From positions 192,001 to 256,000 of the forward strand of contig CAVPJU010000010.1 in assembly GCA_963705505.1 (NCBI GenBank): a stretch of DNA of 64,000 nt. The letters are read 5' to 3'. The position numbers and the translations under genes were made by a program. The stretch's first letter is position 1. Each line of letters starts with the position of its first letter. Below, piece by piece: positions 32,260 through 43,390 of the stretch. The stretch comes from an uncultured bacterium. Lineage in GTDB: Bacteria > Desulfobacterota_D > UBA1144 > Nemesobacterales > UBA2774. The notes below the pieces were generated by a model that was not told the DNA's origin, did no database searches, and saw nothing but the letters and a program-made list of their open reading frames with translations.

Positions 32260-34206
32260 ATGGCAAAAAGCGGAAAAATAATAGGGATCGACCTCGGAAC
32301 GACAAACTCGGTTGTGGCTATAGTCGAAGGCGGAGAGCCGAAGGTAATAATCAACGAAGAGGGGGCGCGGATAACTCCATCGATTGTCGCTTTTACAAAG
32401 GACGGCGACATTCTCGTCGGAGGACCGGCTAAGAGACAGGCAGTCGTCAATCCCGAAAACACTATATTCTCGGTAAAGAGACTAATGGGAAGGCGCTACG
32501 AAGAAGTAGAGGGCGAAGCCAAGAGACTCCCATACAAAATAGTAAGAACGAAAAACGACGACGCATGGGTAGAGGCCATGGGGAAGCAGTACTCACCGCC
32601 TCAGATTTCCTCCCACGTCCTGATGAAATTGAAAAAGGCGGCCGAGGACTACGTCGGCGGCGAGATAAAGGAAGCGGTAATCACTGTACCCGCGTATTTT
32701 AACGACAGTCAGAGGCAGGCGACGAAGGACGCCGGCAAAATCGCCGGACTCGAAGTAAAGAGGATCATAAACGAGCCCACGGCAGCCGCGCTGTCATACG
32801 GTTTTGACAAAAAGAGCGAGGGTACGATAGCGGTCTATGACCTCGGCGGAGGCACATTCGACATATCGATACTCGAGGTCGGCGACAACGTCATAGAGGT
32901 CAAGTCGACGAACGGCGATACGCACCTGGGCGGAGACGACTTCGACAGGCTCATAATGGACTACATAATCAGCGAATTCAAGAAGGAATCGGGCATTGAC
33001 CTCGGAAACGACAAGATGGCCCTTCAGAGGCTGAGACAGGAATCGGAAAAGGCGAAGATAGAGCTTTCAAATACGCTCGAGACCGAGATAAATCTTCCTT
33101 TCATAACCGCGGACGCCGCGGGACCCAAGCACCTTGTAATGAAAATAACACGCTCCAAGTTCGAGCAGCTCATAGAAGACAAGATAAAGGGGACCCTCGA
33201 GCCCTGCCGTCAGGCGCTCAAGGACGCCGGGGTTAAAGCCGGCGACATCGACGAAGTAATCCTCGTCGGCGGATCGACCAGGATACCTCTCGTTCAGAAA
33301 GTCGTCACGGATTTCTTCGGGAAGGAGCCCCACAAGGGCATAAACCCGGACGAAGTCGTAGCGATGGGAGCCGCTATACAGGGCGCGGTACTGGGCGGCG
33401 AGGTAAGGGACGTGCTGCTCCTTGACGTCACCCCGCTTTCGCTGGGTATCGAGACTTTGGGCGGCGTAATGACGAAGATAATCGAAAGGAATACGACTAT
33501 CCCAACAAAAAAGAGCCAGGTATTCACGACCGCTGAAGACAGCCAGACGTCGGTCGAAATCCATGTGCTTCAGGGAGAGCGTCAGATGGCCGGGGACAAC
33601 AGGACCCTTGCGAGGTTCATACTCGACGGCATTCCGCCTTCCGCAAGGGGGATACCTCAGGTCGAAGTGACGTTCGACATCGACGCTGACGGAATCCTCC
33701 ACGTATCCGCAAAGGACCTGGCTACGCAGAAAGAACAGAAGATAAGGGTCGAGGCTTCGAGCGGACTCTCGAAGGACGAGGTCGAGAAAATGGTCAGGGA
33801 CGCCGAGGAGAAATCGGAGGACGACAAGAAGCGCCACGAGCTTGTGGAGAAGAGGAATAAGCTCGACGAGCTCATTTACAGGACGGAAAAGAGCTTTAAG
33901 GAATTTGAAGGCAAGCTGTCCGCCGAAGACAAGAAGGAGCTCGAGGACGCGCTCGAGCAGGGAAGAAGAGCCGTTAAGGGCAACGAGCCCGGCGACATAG
34001 AGGCCGCCACGGAAAAAATAACCCGTGCTTCACATAAGCTTGCGGAGCTGATGTATAAGCAGCAGGCCCAGAGCGGGGCCGGGGCGCAGGAGCCCCAGAC
34101 CGGGACCGACGGGCCGGGTGAGGGACCGGCTGAAGAGGGCGGCCACGAAGGCGAAGAGGGCAAGGACGGCGACGATGTCATAGACGCCGAATTCACCGAA
34201 AAATAA
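32260..34206 (+). CDS. dnaK: Chaperone DnaK (Hsp70), copy 1
   Basis: [25 protein letters not shown], linker DVLLLDV, C-terminal VIDAEF. Confidence 0.98.
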   Translation: MAKSGKIIGIDLGTTNSVVAIVEGGEPKVIINEEGARITPSIVAFTKDGDILVGGPAKRQAVVNPENTIFSVKRLMGRRYEEVEGEAKRLPYKIVRTKNDDAWVEAMGKQYSPPQISSHVLMKLKKAAEDYVGGEIKEAVITVPAYFNDSQRQATKDAGKIAGLEVKRIINEPTAAALSYGFDKKSEGTIAVYDLGGGTFDISILEVGDNVIEVKSTNGDTHLGGDDFDRLIMDYIISEFKKESGIDLGNDKMALQRLRQESEKAKIELSNTLETEINLPFITADAAGPKHLVMKITRSKFEQLIEDKIKGTLEPCRQALKDAGVKAGDIDEVILVGGSTRIPLVQKVVTDFFGKEPHKGINPDEVVAMGAAIQGAVLGGEVRDVLLLDVTPLSLGIETLGGVMTKIIERNTTIPTKKSQVFTTAEDSQTSVEIHVLQGERQMAGDNRTLARFILDGIPPSARGIPQVEVTFDIDADGILHVSAKDLATQKEQKIRVEASSGLSKDEVEKMVRDAEEKSEDDKKRHELVEKRNKLDELIYRTEKSFKEFEGKLSAEDKKELEDALEQGRRAVKGNEPGDIEAATEKITRASHKLAELMYKQQAQSGAGAQEPQTGTDGPGEGPAEEGGHEGEEGKDGDDVIDAEFTEK

Positions 34207-34237
34207 GATTATAAGACAGAAGATAAAATTATGAAGA

Positions 34238-34266
34238 CAAAAGGCGGCCGCGTGCCGCTTTTTGTT
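34238..34266 (+). terminator. Rho-independent terminator after dnaK1
   Basis: AAAAGGCGGC-CGCGT-GCCGCTTTTT stem-loop followed by a T-rich tail. Confidence 0.8.
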
Positions 34267-34386
34267 TGTCCCCCGAACTCAGATACACTCTTGCTCACTT
34301 AACATTTAAATGTTAATTTAGTATTAATAATTCTGGGTTCTATCAAAATAGAAAGCGCTTTGCCCGCAAACAAGGAGGTATTCATA

Positions 34387-34590
34387 ATGAAAGCGGAAAT
34401 CCATCCGGAGTACAAAGACGTCACCATAAGCTGCTCTTGCGGCGCCCAATATAAAACCAGATCCACGCGTTTTGAAGATTTCACGGTAGAGGTCTGCTCC
34501 AACTGTCACCCTTTCTACACAGGGAAGGAAAGGGCGGCTGAGTCCAAGGGCCGGGTCGAAAGGTTCAGAAGGAAATACGCCAAGAACTAG
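34387..34590 (+). CDS. rpmE: 50S ribosomal protein L31 (zinc-binding form)
   Basis: [40 protein letters not shown]. Confidence 0.97.
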   Translation: MKAEIHPEYKDVTISCSCGAQYKTRSTRFEDFTVEVCSNCHPFYTGKERAAESKGRVERFRRKYAKN

Positions 34591-34709
34591 ACCTCTCACC
34601 CCGAGAATCAAGAGAAACCATCATATTCAGGGAGTTATTTCAAATAAGGAGACGACAAAGGGCTTTGACGAGAATTTTTGTCAATAACAGACTACGGAGG
34701 TAATCTTCC

Positions 34710-36791
34710 ATGAAGGAGTATGGTAGGGAAAGCATCAGGAATATTGCGCTCGTTGCTCCCCACGGCGCAGGTAAAACTTCTCTAGCCGAAGCACTCTTAT
34801 ATCTCCACGGAGCCACCGAAAAACTGGGAAAAGTAGACGACGGGAGCTCCGTATTGGATTATGAATCCGAAGAAAAACACCGAAGGATGTCGATCAACTC
34901 CCACGTTGCATTCTTCGAGACTAAAAACCACCTCGTAAACCTCATAGACACACCCGGCTTTCTAAACTTCTTATTCGAGGCTGAAAATGCGCTAAAAGTG
35001 GTCGACGGCGCTGTGATAGTGGTCGGAGCCGTCGGAGGCGATGTAGCCGTTCAAATCCGCAAATACTGGGATATGAGCGGTGATATGCCGAAAATCATTT
35101 TCATAAACAAGCTGGAGAAGGAAAACGCGAGCCTGGAGGATACGCTCGCCAGCATCTCGAAGGAACTAAAGGTGAAGCTGCTCCCCCTTACTCTCCCCAT
35201 AGGCCAGAACCACGATTTCAAGGGTGTTATCGAGCTTATCGAAATGAAGGCATATAAGTACGGCGGCTCGGTGAATTTTGAGGAGATCCCTATCCCCGGA
35301 GACCTCGAAGATGCGGCCAGATCGCAGAGGGAAAAAATCATCGAGTCAGTCGCGGAGCTCGACGACGAGCTGCTCGAAAAATATCTCGAAGGGGAGCCGA
35401 TAGACGAGCAAAAGATCATCAAAATGCTTCACGAAGGGATACTCGACGCAAAGATATTCCCGGTCTTCATAGGCTCTGCGACGCATTTGATAGGAATAAA
35501 TTTACTGAGCGACGCGATCACGAAATATCTCCCCTCGCCGGTCGAGCGAAAGACGATATCGGGCATAAGCCCCGTCGGCGAAAAGGTCGAAAGAGCGCCG
35601 AGCGAAAAAGAACCCTTCACGGCATACATATTTAAAACCATATCCGACCCCTATGCGGGGAAGATCTCCATCTTCAGGGTCTTTTCAGGCTCACTCAACG
35701 GAGACACGGGTACGTACAACTCGACAAAGAGAATAAAAGAGAAGCTCGGCCACCTTCACAGGCTGGTCGGCAAGAAGGAATTCCCCTTCAGCCCGGCGGT
35801 ATGCGGCGATATTGTCGCGGTCAATAAACTGAAGGACGCATCGACGGGCGACACGCTGACCGACGAATCCCATCAGATCGTCATCCCTCCTGCGGAGCTG
35901 CCCCCGGCCGTCCTTTCATACGCTATCGAGCCCAAGACCAGGAACGACGAGGACAAGCTGAACCCCTCGCTGGCAAAGATTCAGGAAGAGGACCCGACGA
36001 TCCATTACCGCCTTGACGAAGAGACAAAGGAGTTCCTGCTTTCGGGAACCGGACAGTCCCATGTAGAGGTCACGGTCAACAAACTGAGAGACACATACGG
36101 GGTTAACGTCGAGCTCAAGACGCCCAGGGTCCCCTATAAGGAGACAGTAAAAGGGAAGGCCAAGGCGGAGGGCAAATACATAAAACAGACGGGCGGCAGG
36201 GGTCAGTACGGAGACGCATGGATTGAGGTGGAGGCGCTGCCGAGAGGGAAGGGTTTCGAATTCGTCAACAACATAGTGGGCGGCGCAATACCCAAGAACT
36301 TCATACCGTCCGTCGAAAAGGGCGTGATCGAGGCCATGAAGAAGGGTGTGGCATCGGGCTATCCCGTCGTGGACGTGAAGGTCACGCTCTTTGACGGGAA
36401 GTACCATCCGGTCGACTCGTCCGACATTGCTTTTCAGATAGCGGGCTCTATGGGGTTCAGGAAGGCAATGGAGGGGGCGAAGCCCGTCATCCTCGAGCCC
36501 ATCATGAAAATGGAAATAACGGTGCCTGATGAGTGTATGGGTGATGTCATAGGGGACGTAAACTCGAGGAGGGGAAAGGTTTCAGGGGTCGACTCGCTTG
36601 CCGGAACGCACCAGGTCCGGGCGCTCATTCCGATGTCGGAAGTCCTGACCTATGCGCCCGAGCTAAGGTCTATTACGAGCGGAAGGGGAACGTTCAGCAT
36701 GGATTTCTCCCATTATGAAGAGGTCCCAGACCATATTGCCGGAAAAATAATAGAAGAATCAGGCGTGTCCAAGGCCGCGGCAGAACATTAA
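34710..36791 (+). CDS. fusA: Elongation factor G paralogue (EF-G2/FusA-like)
   Basis: Full EF-G architecture (IDTPG, KQTGGRGQYG, YHPVDSSD.AF) with a divergent G1 (APHGAGKT); outside the str operon. Confidence 0.88.
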   Translation: MKEYGRESIRNIALVAPHGAGKTSLAEALLYLHGATEKLGKVDDGSSVLDYESEEKHRRMSINSHVAFFETKNHLVNLIDTPGFLNFLFEAENALKVVDGAVIVVGAVGGDVAVQIRKYWDMSGDMPKIIFINKLEKENASLEDTLASISKELKVKLLPLTLPIGQNHDFKGVIELIEMKAYKYGGSVNFEEIPIPGDLEDAARSQREKIIESVAELDDELLEKYLEGEPIDEQKIIKMLHEGILDAKIFPVFIGSATHLIGINLLSDAITKYLPSPVERKTISGISPVGEKVERAPSEKEPFTAYIFKTISDPYAGKISIFRVFSGSLNGDTGTYNSTKRIKEKLGHLHRLVGKKEFPFSPAVCGDIVAVNKLKDASTGDTLTDESHQIVIPPAELPPAVLSYAIEPKTRNDEDKLNPSLAKIQEEDPTIHYRLDEETKEFLLSGTGQSHVEVTVNKLRDTYGVNVELKTPRVPYKETVKGKAKAEGKYIKQTGGRGQYGDAWIEVEALPRGKGFEFVNNIVGGAIPKNFIPSVEKGVIEAMKKGVASGYPVVDVKVTLFDGKYHPVDSSDIAFQIAGSMGFRKAMEGAKPVILEPIMKMEITVPDECMGDVIGDVNSRRGKVSGVDSLAGTHQVRALIPMSEVLTYAPELRSITSGRGTFSMDFSHYEEVPDHIAGKIIEESGVSKAAAEH

Positions 36792-37017
36792 TATCCGGCT
36801 ACTTCGATTACCCCCGTGTTCCGCGTGAACCGCAAAGGGAATAATAACGGTACGAGATTTACCCCGTAGTTCTTTAACTTTGCCTGATTTTAACCTTTCA
36901 TTCCTGACTAAATCGGGTATATAATTATGATACGTCCGGGATTTCCGCTGCTATACACGGAATTTGAATAAGACCCCGCATTACAGATAAGCTCAAATAC
37001 ATTAATAAGACAAGAAT

Positions 37018-37944
37018 TTGCGAATAGCATCGATAGATATAGGAACCAATACGTTCAGACTGCTGGTTTCGGAAGCGGACAAGGGCACCGCCTTGAAAAA
37101 ACTCTACGTAGGACGGGAAATCACCCGCCTCGGCGAGGGTCTTCACGGGGACGAAAAGCTGATAAACCCCAAAGCGATCGAAAGGTCTTTGAAAGCCCTC
37201 TGCGGTTTCTCAATGAAAATAAAAGAATACGATGTCGGGACACTCAGGGCGGTCGCTACGAGCGCTGTCAGGGAATCGCTCAACGGGCTCGATTTCGTAA
37301 AATTAGTTAAAGAAGAAACAGGCATACCCGTAGACGTTATATCGGGCGATGAAGAGGCCAGGCTTACAGTCAGGGGGGTCCTCAACTCGGTCAGGTTCGA
37401 TACGCCCGACTGTCTGATATTCGACATCGGGGGCGGCAGCACTGAGTATGTATATGTGAAGGAGGGCGGGATCGCCGATATTTCGAGCACGGGTCTCGGA
37501 GTCGTCCGTCTTACCGAACAATACCTGAATCATGATATCGATACCGACTCCGACTTAGCTTTACTCGGCGCACACGTAGACGAGTTATTGAACGAGGGAC
37601 TCGCTTCCTTCCCCCGCCCGGACCGAAAGAGCCTCACGGTCATCGGGACTGCCGGGACCCCGACGACACTAGCGTCCATAGAGATGCGTCTGACCCCTTA
37701 CAACCCCTCACTTGTAAACAATTTTATTCTCGCTCGGGGGGCGATCGAGCGGATATTGAGCACACTCGTGAAAATCCCCAAGTCCGAGCGGATAAAAGTC
37801 CCGGGCCTCGAGAAGGGCAGAGAGGACCTCATCATCGCAGGCACCCTGATAGTGCTTAAAACAATGGAACGATTTTCCTCGGGCAGCATGGTGGTCAGCG
37901 ACGCCGGGCTCCTGGAAGGGGTCGCATATAACCTTATTAGCTGA
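37018..37944 (+). CDS. ppx: Ppx/GppA-family exopolyphosphatase (short form)
   Basis: IDIGTNTFRL, ATSAVRE, ISGDEEA, DIGGGSTE. Confidence 0.9.
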   Translation: MRIASIDIGTNTFRLLVSEADKGTALKKLYVGREITRLGEGLHGDEKLINPKAIERSLKALCGFSMKIKEYDVGTLRAVATSAVRESLNGLDFVKLVKEETGIPVDVISGDEEARLTVRGVLNSVRFDTPDCLIFDIGGGSTEYVYVKEGGIADISSTGLGVVRLTEQYLNHDIDTDSDLALLGAHVDELLNEGLASFPRPDRKSLTVIGTAGTPTTLASIEMRLTPYNPSLVNNFILARGAIERILSTLVKIPKSERIKVPGLEKGREDLIIAGTLIVLKTMERFSSGSMVVSDAGLLEGVAYNLIS

Positions 37945-37993
37945 GCGATCCGGCATAACTATATGGGAATAAAGAATCTTTAACCCGCTCACG

Positions 37994-38022
37994 TTGACAA
38001 ATTATTGAGGCGTTATTATATT
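37994..38022 (+). promoter_or_regulatory. sigma70-type promoter of grpE-dnaK2-dnaJ
   Basis: TTGACA(37994-37999), 17 nt, TATATT(38017-38022). Confidence 0.65.
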
Positions 38023-38159
38023 TTGCATGAGGATTTTAAGATAACTTTCCTCTACCGCAAAAATATCTATACAACGGCATAAGCGGACACCTGAGAGAAG
38101 AGCTATAATTATATTTGGATCGTGCACGCTTACAGGTCGGTATTAACCAGGAGGTAACA

Positions 38160-38813
38160 ATGAATCCGAACGACAACGATGAAAAGGAAGGAGATATTGA
38201 ATTGAAGGAAAACGGGGGCGATTACTTAGAGGACGACGCAGAGAACACGAAAGCAGACAAAGAGAACCGCAGCAGCGAAGCAAAGGACTATCAGGAGCTC
38301 TACCAGAAATATCTGAGACTCGCGGCTGATTTTGAGAACTATAAAAAAAGGCTGGCAAAGGAAAAAGCGGACGTTATAGCATACGGGAACGAGGAGCTTA
38401 TAAAGGCGCTTCTCAATGTACTGGACAACCTGGAGCGCGCGCTCGATCATGCGGACACCAAGGAAGACCCCAAACCTCTCATCGAAGGGGTGAAGCTCGT
38501 CCACAAGCAGTTCCTGAGCTGCCTCGAAAAGTTCGGCGTCCAGTACGTCGACGCTTCCCCCGGACAGAATTTCGATCCGAGGCTCCACCAGGCTATAGAG
38601 CGCGTGGAATCCCCCGACTTTACGCCCGGACTCATCATATCGGAAATGCTCCGCGGATACATGCTGAAGGACAGGCTCCTGAGACCCGCCCTTGTCGTCG
38701 TATCCAAAGGTCCGAACAATGCAGGAGATGCCGACCAAAACACCGGGAGCAATGGAGCCGGCAGAGACGCCTCAGGGGACGTATTCGATTTAACGGACGA
38801 TGAATCTAAATAA
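38160..38813 (+). CDS. grpE: Nucleotide exchange factor GrpE
   Basis: LRLAADFENYKKR, DNLERAL, FDPRLHQA, GYMLKDRLLRPALVVV; AGGAGG RBS before ATG 38160. Confidence 0.96.
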   Translation: MNPNDNDEKEGDIELKENGGDYLEDDAENTKADKENRSSEAKDYQELYQKYLRLAADFENYKKRLAKEKADVIAYGNEELIKALLNVLDNLERALDHADTKEDPKPLIEGVKLVHKQFLSCLEKFGVQYVDASPGQNFDPRLHQAIERVESPDFTPGLIISEMLRGYMLKDRLLRPALVVVSKGPNNAGDADQNTGSNGAGRDASGDVFDLTDDESK

Positions 38814-38831
38814 GATTAACGGAAGACAAAC

Positions 38832-40661
38832 ATGGCGATAGTAGGAATTGACCTTGGAACCACAAACTCATGCGTTGCGATCATAGAGGGCGGGAGCCCG
38901 GTTGTCATACCGAACGAAGAGGGGAGCAGAGTGACTCCCTCGGTCGTGGCTTTCACGGAGGACAACAGCCGGTTCGCCGGCGCCGTGGCCAAGAGGCAGG
39001 CGGTGGTAAACCCCACTACGACGATCTTCGGTGTGAAGCGGCTCGTAGGAAGACGCTTTGACTCTCCCGAAGTCCAGAAGGCAAAGGGAATAGTCCCCTA
39101 CGATATAATCCCCAACGAATCCGGCGACGCATGGATAGAGACCAACTCCAGAACATACAGTCCTCAGGAGATATCATCCATAGTCCTTTCAAAAATGAAG
39201 CAGGTGGCGGAAGAATACCTCGGATACGAGGTGACGGACGCCGTGATCACTGTGCCCGCGCATTTCAACGACCTCCAGCGGCAGGCGACAAAGGATGCGG
39301 GCAGGATAGCCGGCCTCAACGTGAGGCGTATAATAAACGAGCCCACGGCAGCCGCGCTCGCCTACGGCTTCGATAAAATCGTAAACAGAAGGATTGCAGT
39401 TTTCGACCTCGGCGGCGGCACTTTCGATATAACCATACTGGAAATAGCAAACGGTGTATTCGAGGTAAAATCCACGAGCGGCGATACGTTCCTGGGGGGA
39501 GACGATTTCGACCAGATGCTCATAGAGCTCGTGCTCGAGGACTTTAAAAAACAGCACGATATCGACCTGAGGGAAGACAAAATGGCCCTTCAGAGGATAA
39601 GGGAGACGTGTGAAAAGGCTAAGCACGAGCTTTCGTCCATACTCGAGACGACGATAAACCTCCCGTTCATAGCAGTGGACCAGACTGGCCCCAAGCACCT
39701 CAATTACAAAATCACCAGGGATGAGTTCGAGCACCTTGTCAGGGAACTCGTGGACAGAGTGGAAATCCCCTGCAGGCAGGCGATTCAGGACGCGAGGCTC
39801 GACCCTTCGGAAATCGACGAAGTCGTTCTCGTCGGGGGAATGACGAGGATGCCGAAAATTCAGGAAAAAGTCAGGGAAATATTCAAGAAAGAGCCTCAGA
39901 CGCGGATAAACCCGGAAGAAGTGGTGGCCATAGGGGCCTCGATACAGGGAGGCGTGCTCGAAGGAAAGGTTGAGGAAGTACTGCTTCTGGACGTCGTGCC
40001 ACTCTCTCTCGGAGTGGAGACAAGGGGCGGCCTCTTCACGAAAATCATAGAAAGGAACACCACCATACCGACAAAAAGAAGCAGGGTATTCACGACCGCT
40101 TTCGACAACCAGGAGTTTGTCGGGATACATGTGCTCCAGGGCGAAAGGGAGCTCGTCGACACCAATATCTCGCTTGCGAACTTCAACCTCATAGGCATCC
40201 CGCCCGCGCCGAGAGGCATACCCCAGATCGAAGTGTCCTTCGAAGTGGATGCGGACGGGATTCTGCACGTATCCGCAAAAGACCTCGGCACCGGCAAGAA
40301 GCAGGCGATACAGGTTGTAACCTCGGGCGGGTTATCGGATGAAGAGATACAGAAGATAATTGAAGAGAGCAAAACAAGCTCGGATGCGGACAGGAAGCGG
40401 AAAGACCTCGCACTGCTTAAAAACGAGGCCGAAGGACTCCTTTATTCAGTCAAGAGAACTCTCGACTCCTATGGGGACAAAGTGGATTCAGAGCTCAGAG
40501 AAGCTATCGAACAATCCGTCGAGAAGATGAGCGAGGCTCTCTCGGGCACGGATTATTCTAACATCAAGGACGTATTCGATCAGCTGAAGGAGGCTTCCTA
40601 TAAATTCGCCGAGGTTATATACTCAAGACAGGACAAAGGTACGGAAACACACCAGCAGTGA
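38832..40661 (+). CDS. dnaK: Chaperone DnaK (Hsp70), copy 2
   Basis: [32 protein letters not shown]; lies between grpE and dnaJ. Confidence 0.96.
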   Translation: MAIVGIDLGTTNSCVAIIEGGSPVVIPNEEGSRVTPSVVAFTEDNSRFAGAVAKRQAVVNPTTTIFGVKRLVGRRFDSPEVQKAKGIVPYDIIPNESGDAWIETNSRTYSPQEISSIVLSKMKQVAEEYLGYEVTDAVITVPAHFNDLQRQATKDAGRIAGLNVRRIINEPTAAALAYGFDKIVNRRIAVFDLGGGTFDITILEIANGVFEVKSTSGDTFLGGDDFDQMLIELVLEDFKKQHDIDLREDKMALQRIRETCEKAKHELSSILETTINLPFIAVDQTGPKHLNYKITRDEFEHLVRELVDRVEIPCRQAIQDARLDPSEIDEVVLVGGMTRMPKIQEKVREIFKKEPQTRINPEEVVAIGASIQGGVLEGKVEEVLLLDVVPLSLGVETRGGLFTKIIERNTTIPTKRSRVFTTAFDNQEFVGIHVLQGERELVDTNISLANFNLIGIPPAPRGIPQIEVSFEVDADGILHVSAKDLGTGKKQAIQVVTSGGLSDEEIQKIIEESKTSSDADRKRKDLALLKNEAEGLLYSVKRTLDSYGDKVDSELREAIEQSVEKMSEALSGTDYSNIKDVFDQLKEASYKFAEVIYSRQDKGTETHQQ

Positions 40662-40689
40662 ATAATTACTTTGTACGGACGCATTATTA

Positions 40690-41784
40690 ATGACCAGTAT
40701 CGATTACTATGAGATCTTACAAATCGAGCGCAGCTCCACAGGAGAGGAAATAAAAAGGTCGTACAAGCGACTGGCATTTGAATTCCATCCCGACAGGAAC
40801 CCCGGCAACCCCGAAGCCGAAGAAAGATTCAAGAAAATAAACGAAGCCTATCAGGTGCTGAGCGACCCCGACAAAAGGGCGCGCTATGACAGCTTCGGGC
40901 ATATATCGGCCGAAGGGATATTCTCGGACGTCGATTTCGAGGCGGGCTTCAGCGATATTTTCGGAAACCTGTTCGAAGAGGTCTTCAGCGCCGGCGGCCG
41001 GGAGAGGGCCCAGAGAGGGAGAGACCTTAAATACGCGCTCGAGCTCAGTTTCGAGGAATCGATAGAGGGGTGCGAGAAGGAGCTCAAAATTCCGAGGCGC
41101 GAAATGTGCCCCGAGTGCAGGGGCAGCGGCGCGGCCCGCGGAGGCGAAGTCATCTGTTCCGGCTGCAGCGGCAGAGGAGAGCTCAAATACTCTCAAGGGC
41201 TCTTCGCAATTAAAAGGACGTGCCCGTCCTGCGGCGGGACGGGGAAGAGGATCACAAAGCCCTGTGTCCAGTGCCGCAGCGAGAGATACATCGTATCCGA
41301 ACACGACGTAAGAGTGAAGGTGCCCGCAGGGATATCGGACGGCGTGAGGCTCCGGATGCGCGGGGAAGGGGACAGCGGTTACCTCGGGGGACCGAGCGGA
41401 GACCTCTACATCGAAATACACGTCGAGGAGCATCCGCTTTTCAGGAGGGAAGGTCAGGACCTCCACTGCAACGTGCCGATAGAATTCGTCAAGGCGGCCC
41501 TCGGCGACGAAATAGAGATACCGACCCCTAAAGGGAAGAGCACGATAAAAATCCCGGCGGGGACACAGTCGGGCCAAACGTTCAGGCTCAAAGGTAAGGG
41601 CGTCCCGAGACTCGAAGGCAAAGGGCACGGCGACCTCTACATACAGGTGCAGGTGGAAGTCCCCGTAAAGCTCAATAAAAAGCAGCAGCTTTTACTCGAA
41701 GAGTTCGCCAGGGTAAGCGCAGAGGAAAACGTCCCGATGGTCAAAAGGTTCGTATCGAAGCTTCACGAAATCCTAAACAAGTGA
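40690..41784 (+). CDS. dnaJ: Chaperone DnaJ
   Basis: J-domain with HPD; four CxxC zinc-finger repeats; C-terminal substrate-binding domain. Confidence 0.96.
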   Translation: MTSIDYYEILQIERSSTGEEIKRSYKRLAFEFHPDRNPGNPEAEERFKKINEAYQVLSDPDKRARYDSFGHISAEGIFSDVDFEAGFSDIFGNLFEEVFSAGGRERAQRGRDLKYALELSFEESIEGCEKELKIPRREMCPECRGSGAARGGEVICSGCSGRGELKYSQGLFAIKRTCPSCGGTGKRITKPCVQCRSERYIVSEHDVRVKVPAGISDGVRLRMRGEGDSGYLGGPSGDLYIEIHVEEHPLFRREGQDLHCNVPIEFVKAALGDEIEIPTPKGKSTIKIPAGTQSGQTFRLKGKGVPRLEGKGHGDLYIQVQVEVPVKLNKKQQLLLEEFARVSAEENVPMVKRFVSKLHEILNK

Positions 41785-41824
41785 TATGGAGAATTATTCT
41801 CCACACGGCCGTTTAAGCCTCTGA

Positions 41825-42100
41825 TCAATACCCGCCGGCAATAGCGGGAATGATCGAAACGATATCGCCTTCCTTAAGAGCTGTTTCCTTCCCGTTTAAA
41901 AACCTTATATCTTCGTTGTTGACGTACAGGTTTATGAATCTTCTGACGTTACCCGATTCATCGCACAGCCTGGTCTTAATGCCGGGAAACTGGTTTTCCA
42001 TCTCGTCTATCAGCTGGCCGACGTTAGCGGCGCTGATGTTGACCTCGTCCTTCTCGGAAGTCAGCTTTCTAAGCGGTGTTGGAATGCGAACAGAGGGCAT
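41825..42100 (-). CDS. ThiS/MoaD/CysO-family ubiquitin-like sulfur carrier, C-terminus GG-Y
   Basis: [40 protein letters not shown]. Confidence 0.9.
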   Translation of the reverse strand: MPSVRIPTPLRKLTSEKDEVNISAANVGQLIDEMENQFPGIKTRLCDESGNVRRFINLYVNNEDIRFLNGKETALKEGDIVSIIPAIAGGY

Positions 42101-43358
42101 CTTTTATACCTCCTTTTTCTTCTTGTTCCTTCAGTTTCGTATACAAATCCTCAAATGCCTCAAGACGCGCGTCAATTAAATGAGGCTGAGAAACGTCGTT
42201 TGCAATCGCCTCCTGGGTCTTGAGACCGTTGCCGGTGATAGAAACGACTATAGACTCGTTCCTGGGAATGACTCCCTGCTCTATGAGCTTCCTGGTCACG
42301 GCCATAGTCACCCCGCCGGCGGTTTCGGTGAATATCCCTTCCGTCTCCGCGAGGAGCTTGATACCGCTGATTATTTCCTCATCGGTCACGTCCTCTCCCC
42401 ATCCGCCGCTCTCTCTCATGACGCACATCGCGTAGAACCCGTCTGCGGGCGTGCCGATCGCGAGCGATTTGGCTATCGTGTGGGGTTTTACCGGTTTGAA
42501 TATCTCCCAGTCGTTCTTGAGCGCCGTAGTAATAGGCGAACAGCCCGTCGCCTGAGCGCCGTAGATCTTTGTACCGTTCTCTTCGACGAGGCCCATCATC
42601 TCGAACTCCTTTATCGCCTTCCATACCTTTGTGAGGAGCGAGCCGCTCGCCATCGGGACGACTACGTGCTTTGGCGCGCGCCAGCCGAGCTGCTCCATCA
42701 TTTCGAATGCATAGGACTTGGAGCCCTCGGCATAATAGGGTCTCATGTTGATGTTTACGAACGCCCACCCGAATTTACCGGCCACTTCGCTGCAGAGTCT
42801 GTTAACGTCGTCGTAAGTTCCCTTGATGCCTATGAGATTTGCGCCGTAAACCGTCGTGCCTATTATCTTTGCCTGCTCCAAATCATAGGGGATGAAAATG
42901 TAGCTCTCGAGGTTCCCGGATACCGTTAAGGAGGCTACGGCGTTCGCGAGATTCCCGGTCGATGCGCAGGCCGCCGTCTTGAACCCGAATTCCTTGGCTT
43001 TTGAGAGCGCAACCGACACCACCCTGTCCTTAAACGACAGGGTCGGGTAGCATACGGCGTCATTTTTCACGTAAATCTCCTTAACCCCGAGTGCCCGCCC
43101 CAGGTTTTCCGCTTTTATGAGGGGTGTAAATCCGACCTGGAGGCCCACGGTGGGCTCTTCATCTATGGGGAGGAGCTCTTTATATCTCCAGATGTTCCTG
43201 TCCCTTTTCTCAATTACTTCCCGGGACATCACTTTCTTGATCTCGTCGTATTTGTAAACGGCTTCAAGCGGCCCGAAGCATGTTTCGCAGACGTGGAGGG
43301 GCTCCTTCGGGTATTCTTCCCCGCATTCCTTGCACCTAAGTCCCTTAACAAAACTCAT
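42069..43358 (-). CDS. thrC: Threonine synthase-family PLP enzyme (true stop probably at 42104)
   Basis: N-terminal CKECG..CETCFG zinc ribbon; PTLSFKDR (PLP Lys), [25 protein letters not shown]. Confidence 0.8.
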   Translation of the reverse strand: MSFVKGLRCKECGEEYPKEPLHVCETCFGPLEAVYKYDEIKKVMSREVIEKRDRNIWRYKELLPIDEEPTVGLQVGFTPLIKAENLGRALGVKEIYVKNDAVCYPTLSFKDRVVSVALSKAKEFGFKTAACASTGNLANAVASLTVSGNLESYIFIPYDLEQAKIIGTTVYGANLIGIKGTYDDVNRLCSEVAGKFGWAFVNINMRPYYAEGSKSYAFEMMEQLGWRAPKHVVVPMASGSLLTKVWKAIKEFEMMGLVEENGTKIYGAQATGCSPITTALKNDWEIFKPVKPHTIAKSLAIGTPADGFYAMCVMRESGGWGEDVTDEEIISGIKLLAETEGIFTETAGGVTMAVTRKLIEQGVIPRNESIVVSITGNGLKTQEAIANDVSQPHLIDARLEAFEDLYTKLKEQEEKGGIKDALCSHSNTA

Positions 43359-43390
43359 AAAATCCCCCGGAGATATATTGAATAAATCAA

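Noticed and set aside
31169..38159. CIRCE/HrcA operator or sigma-32 promoter upstream of rpoH, dnaK1 or grpE
   Set aside because: No TTAGCACTC-N9-GAGTGCTAA seen; CCCCCTTGAC at 31306-31315 lacks a downstream CCCCAT -10 element.
39189..40268. Long antisense ORFs opposite dnaK2 (also 33067-33837 opposite dnaK1)
   Set aside because: Antisense ORFs opposite hsp70 genes are a known codon-bias artefact; no RBS or independent motifs.
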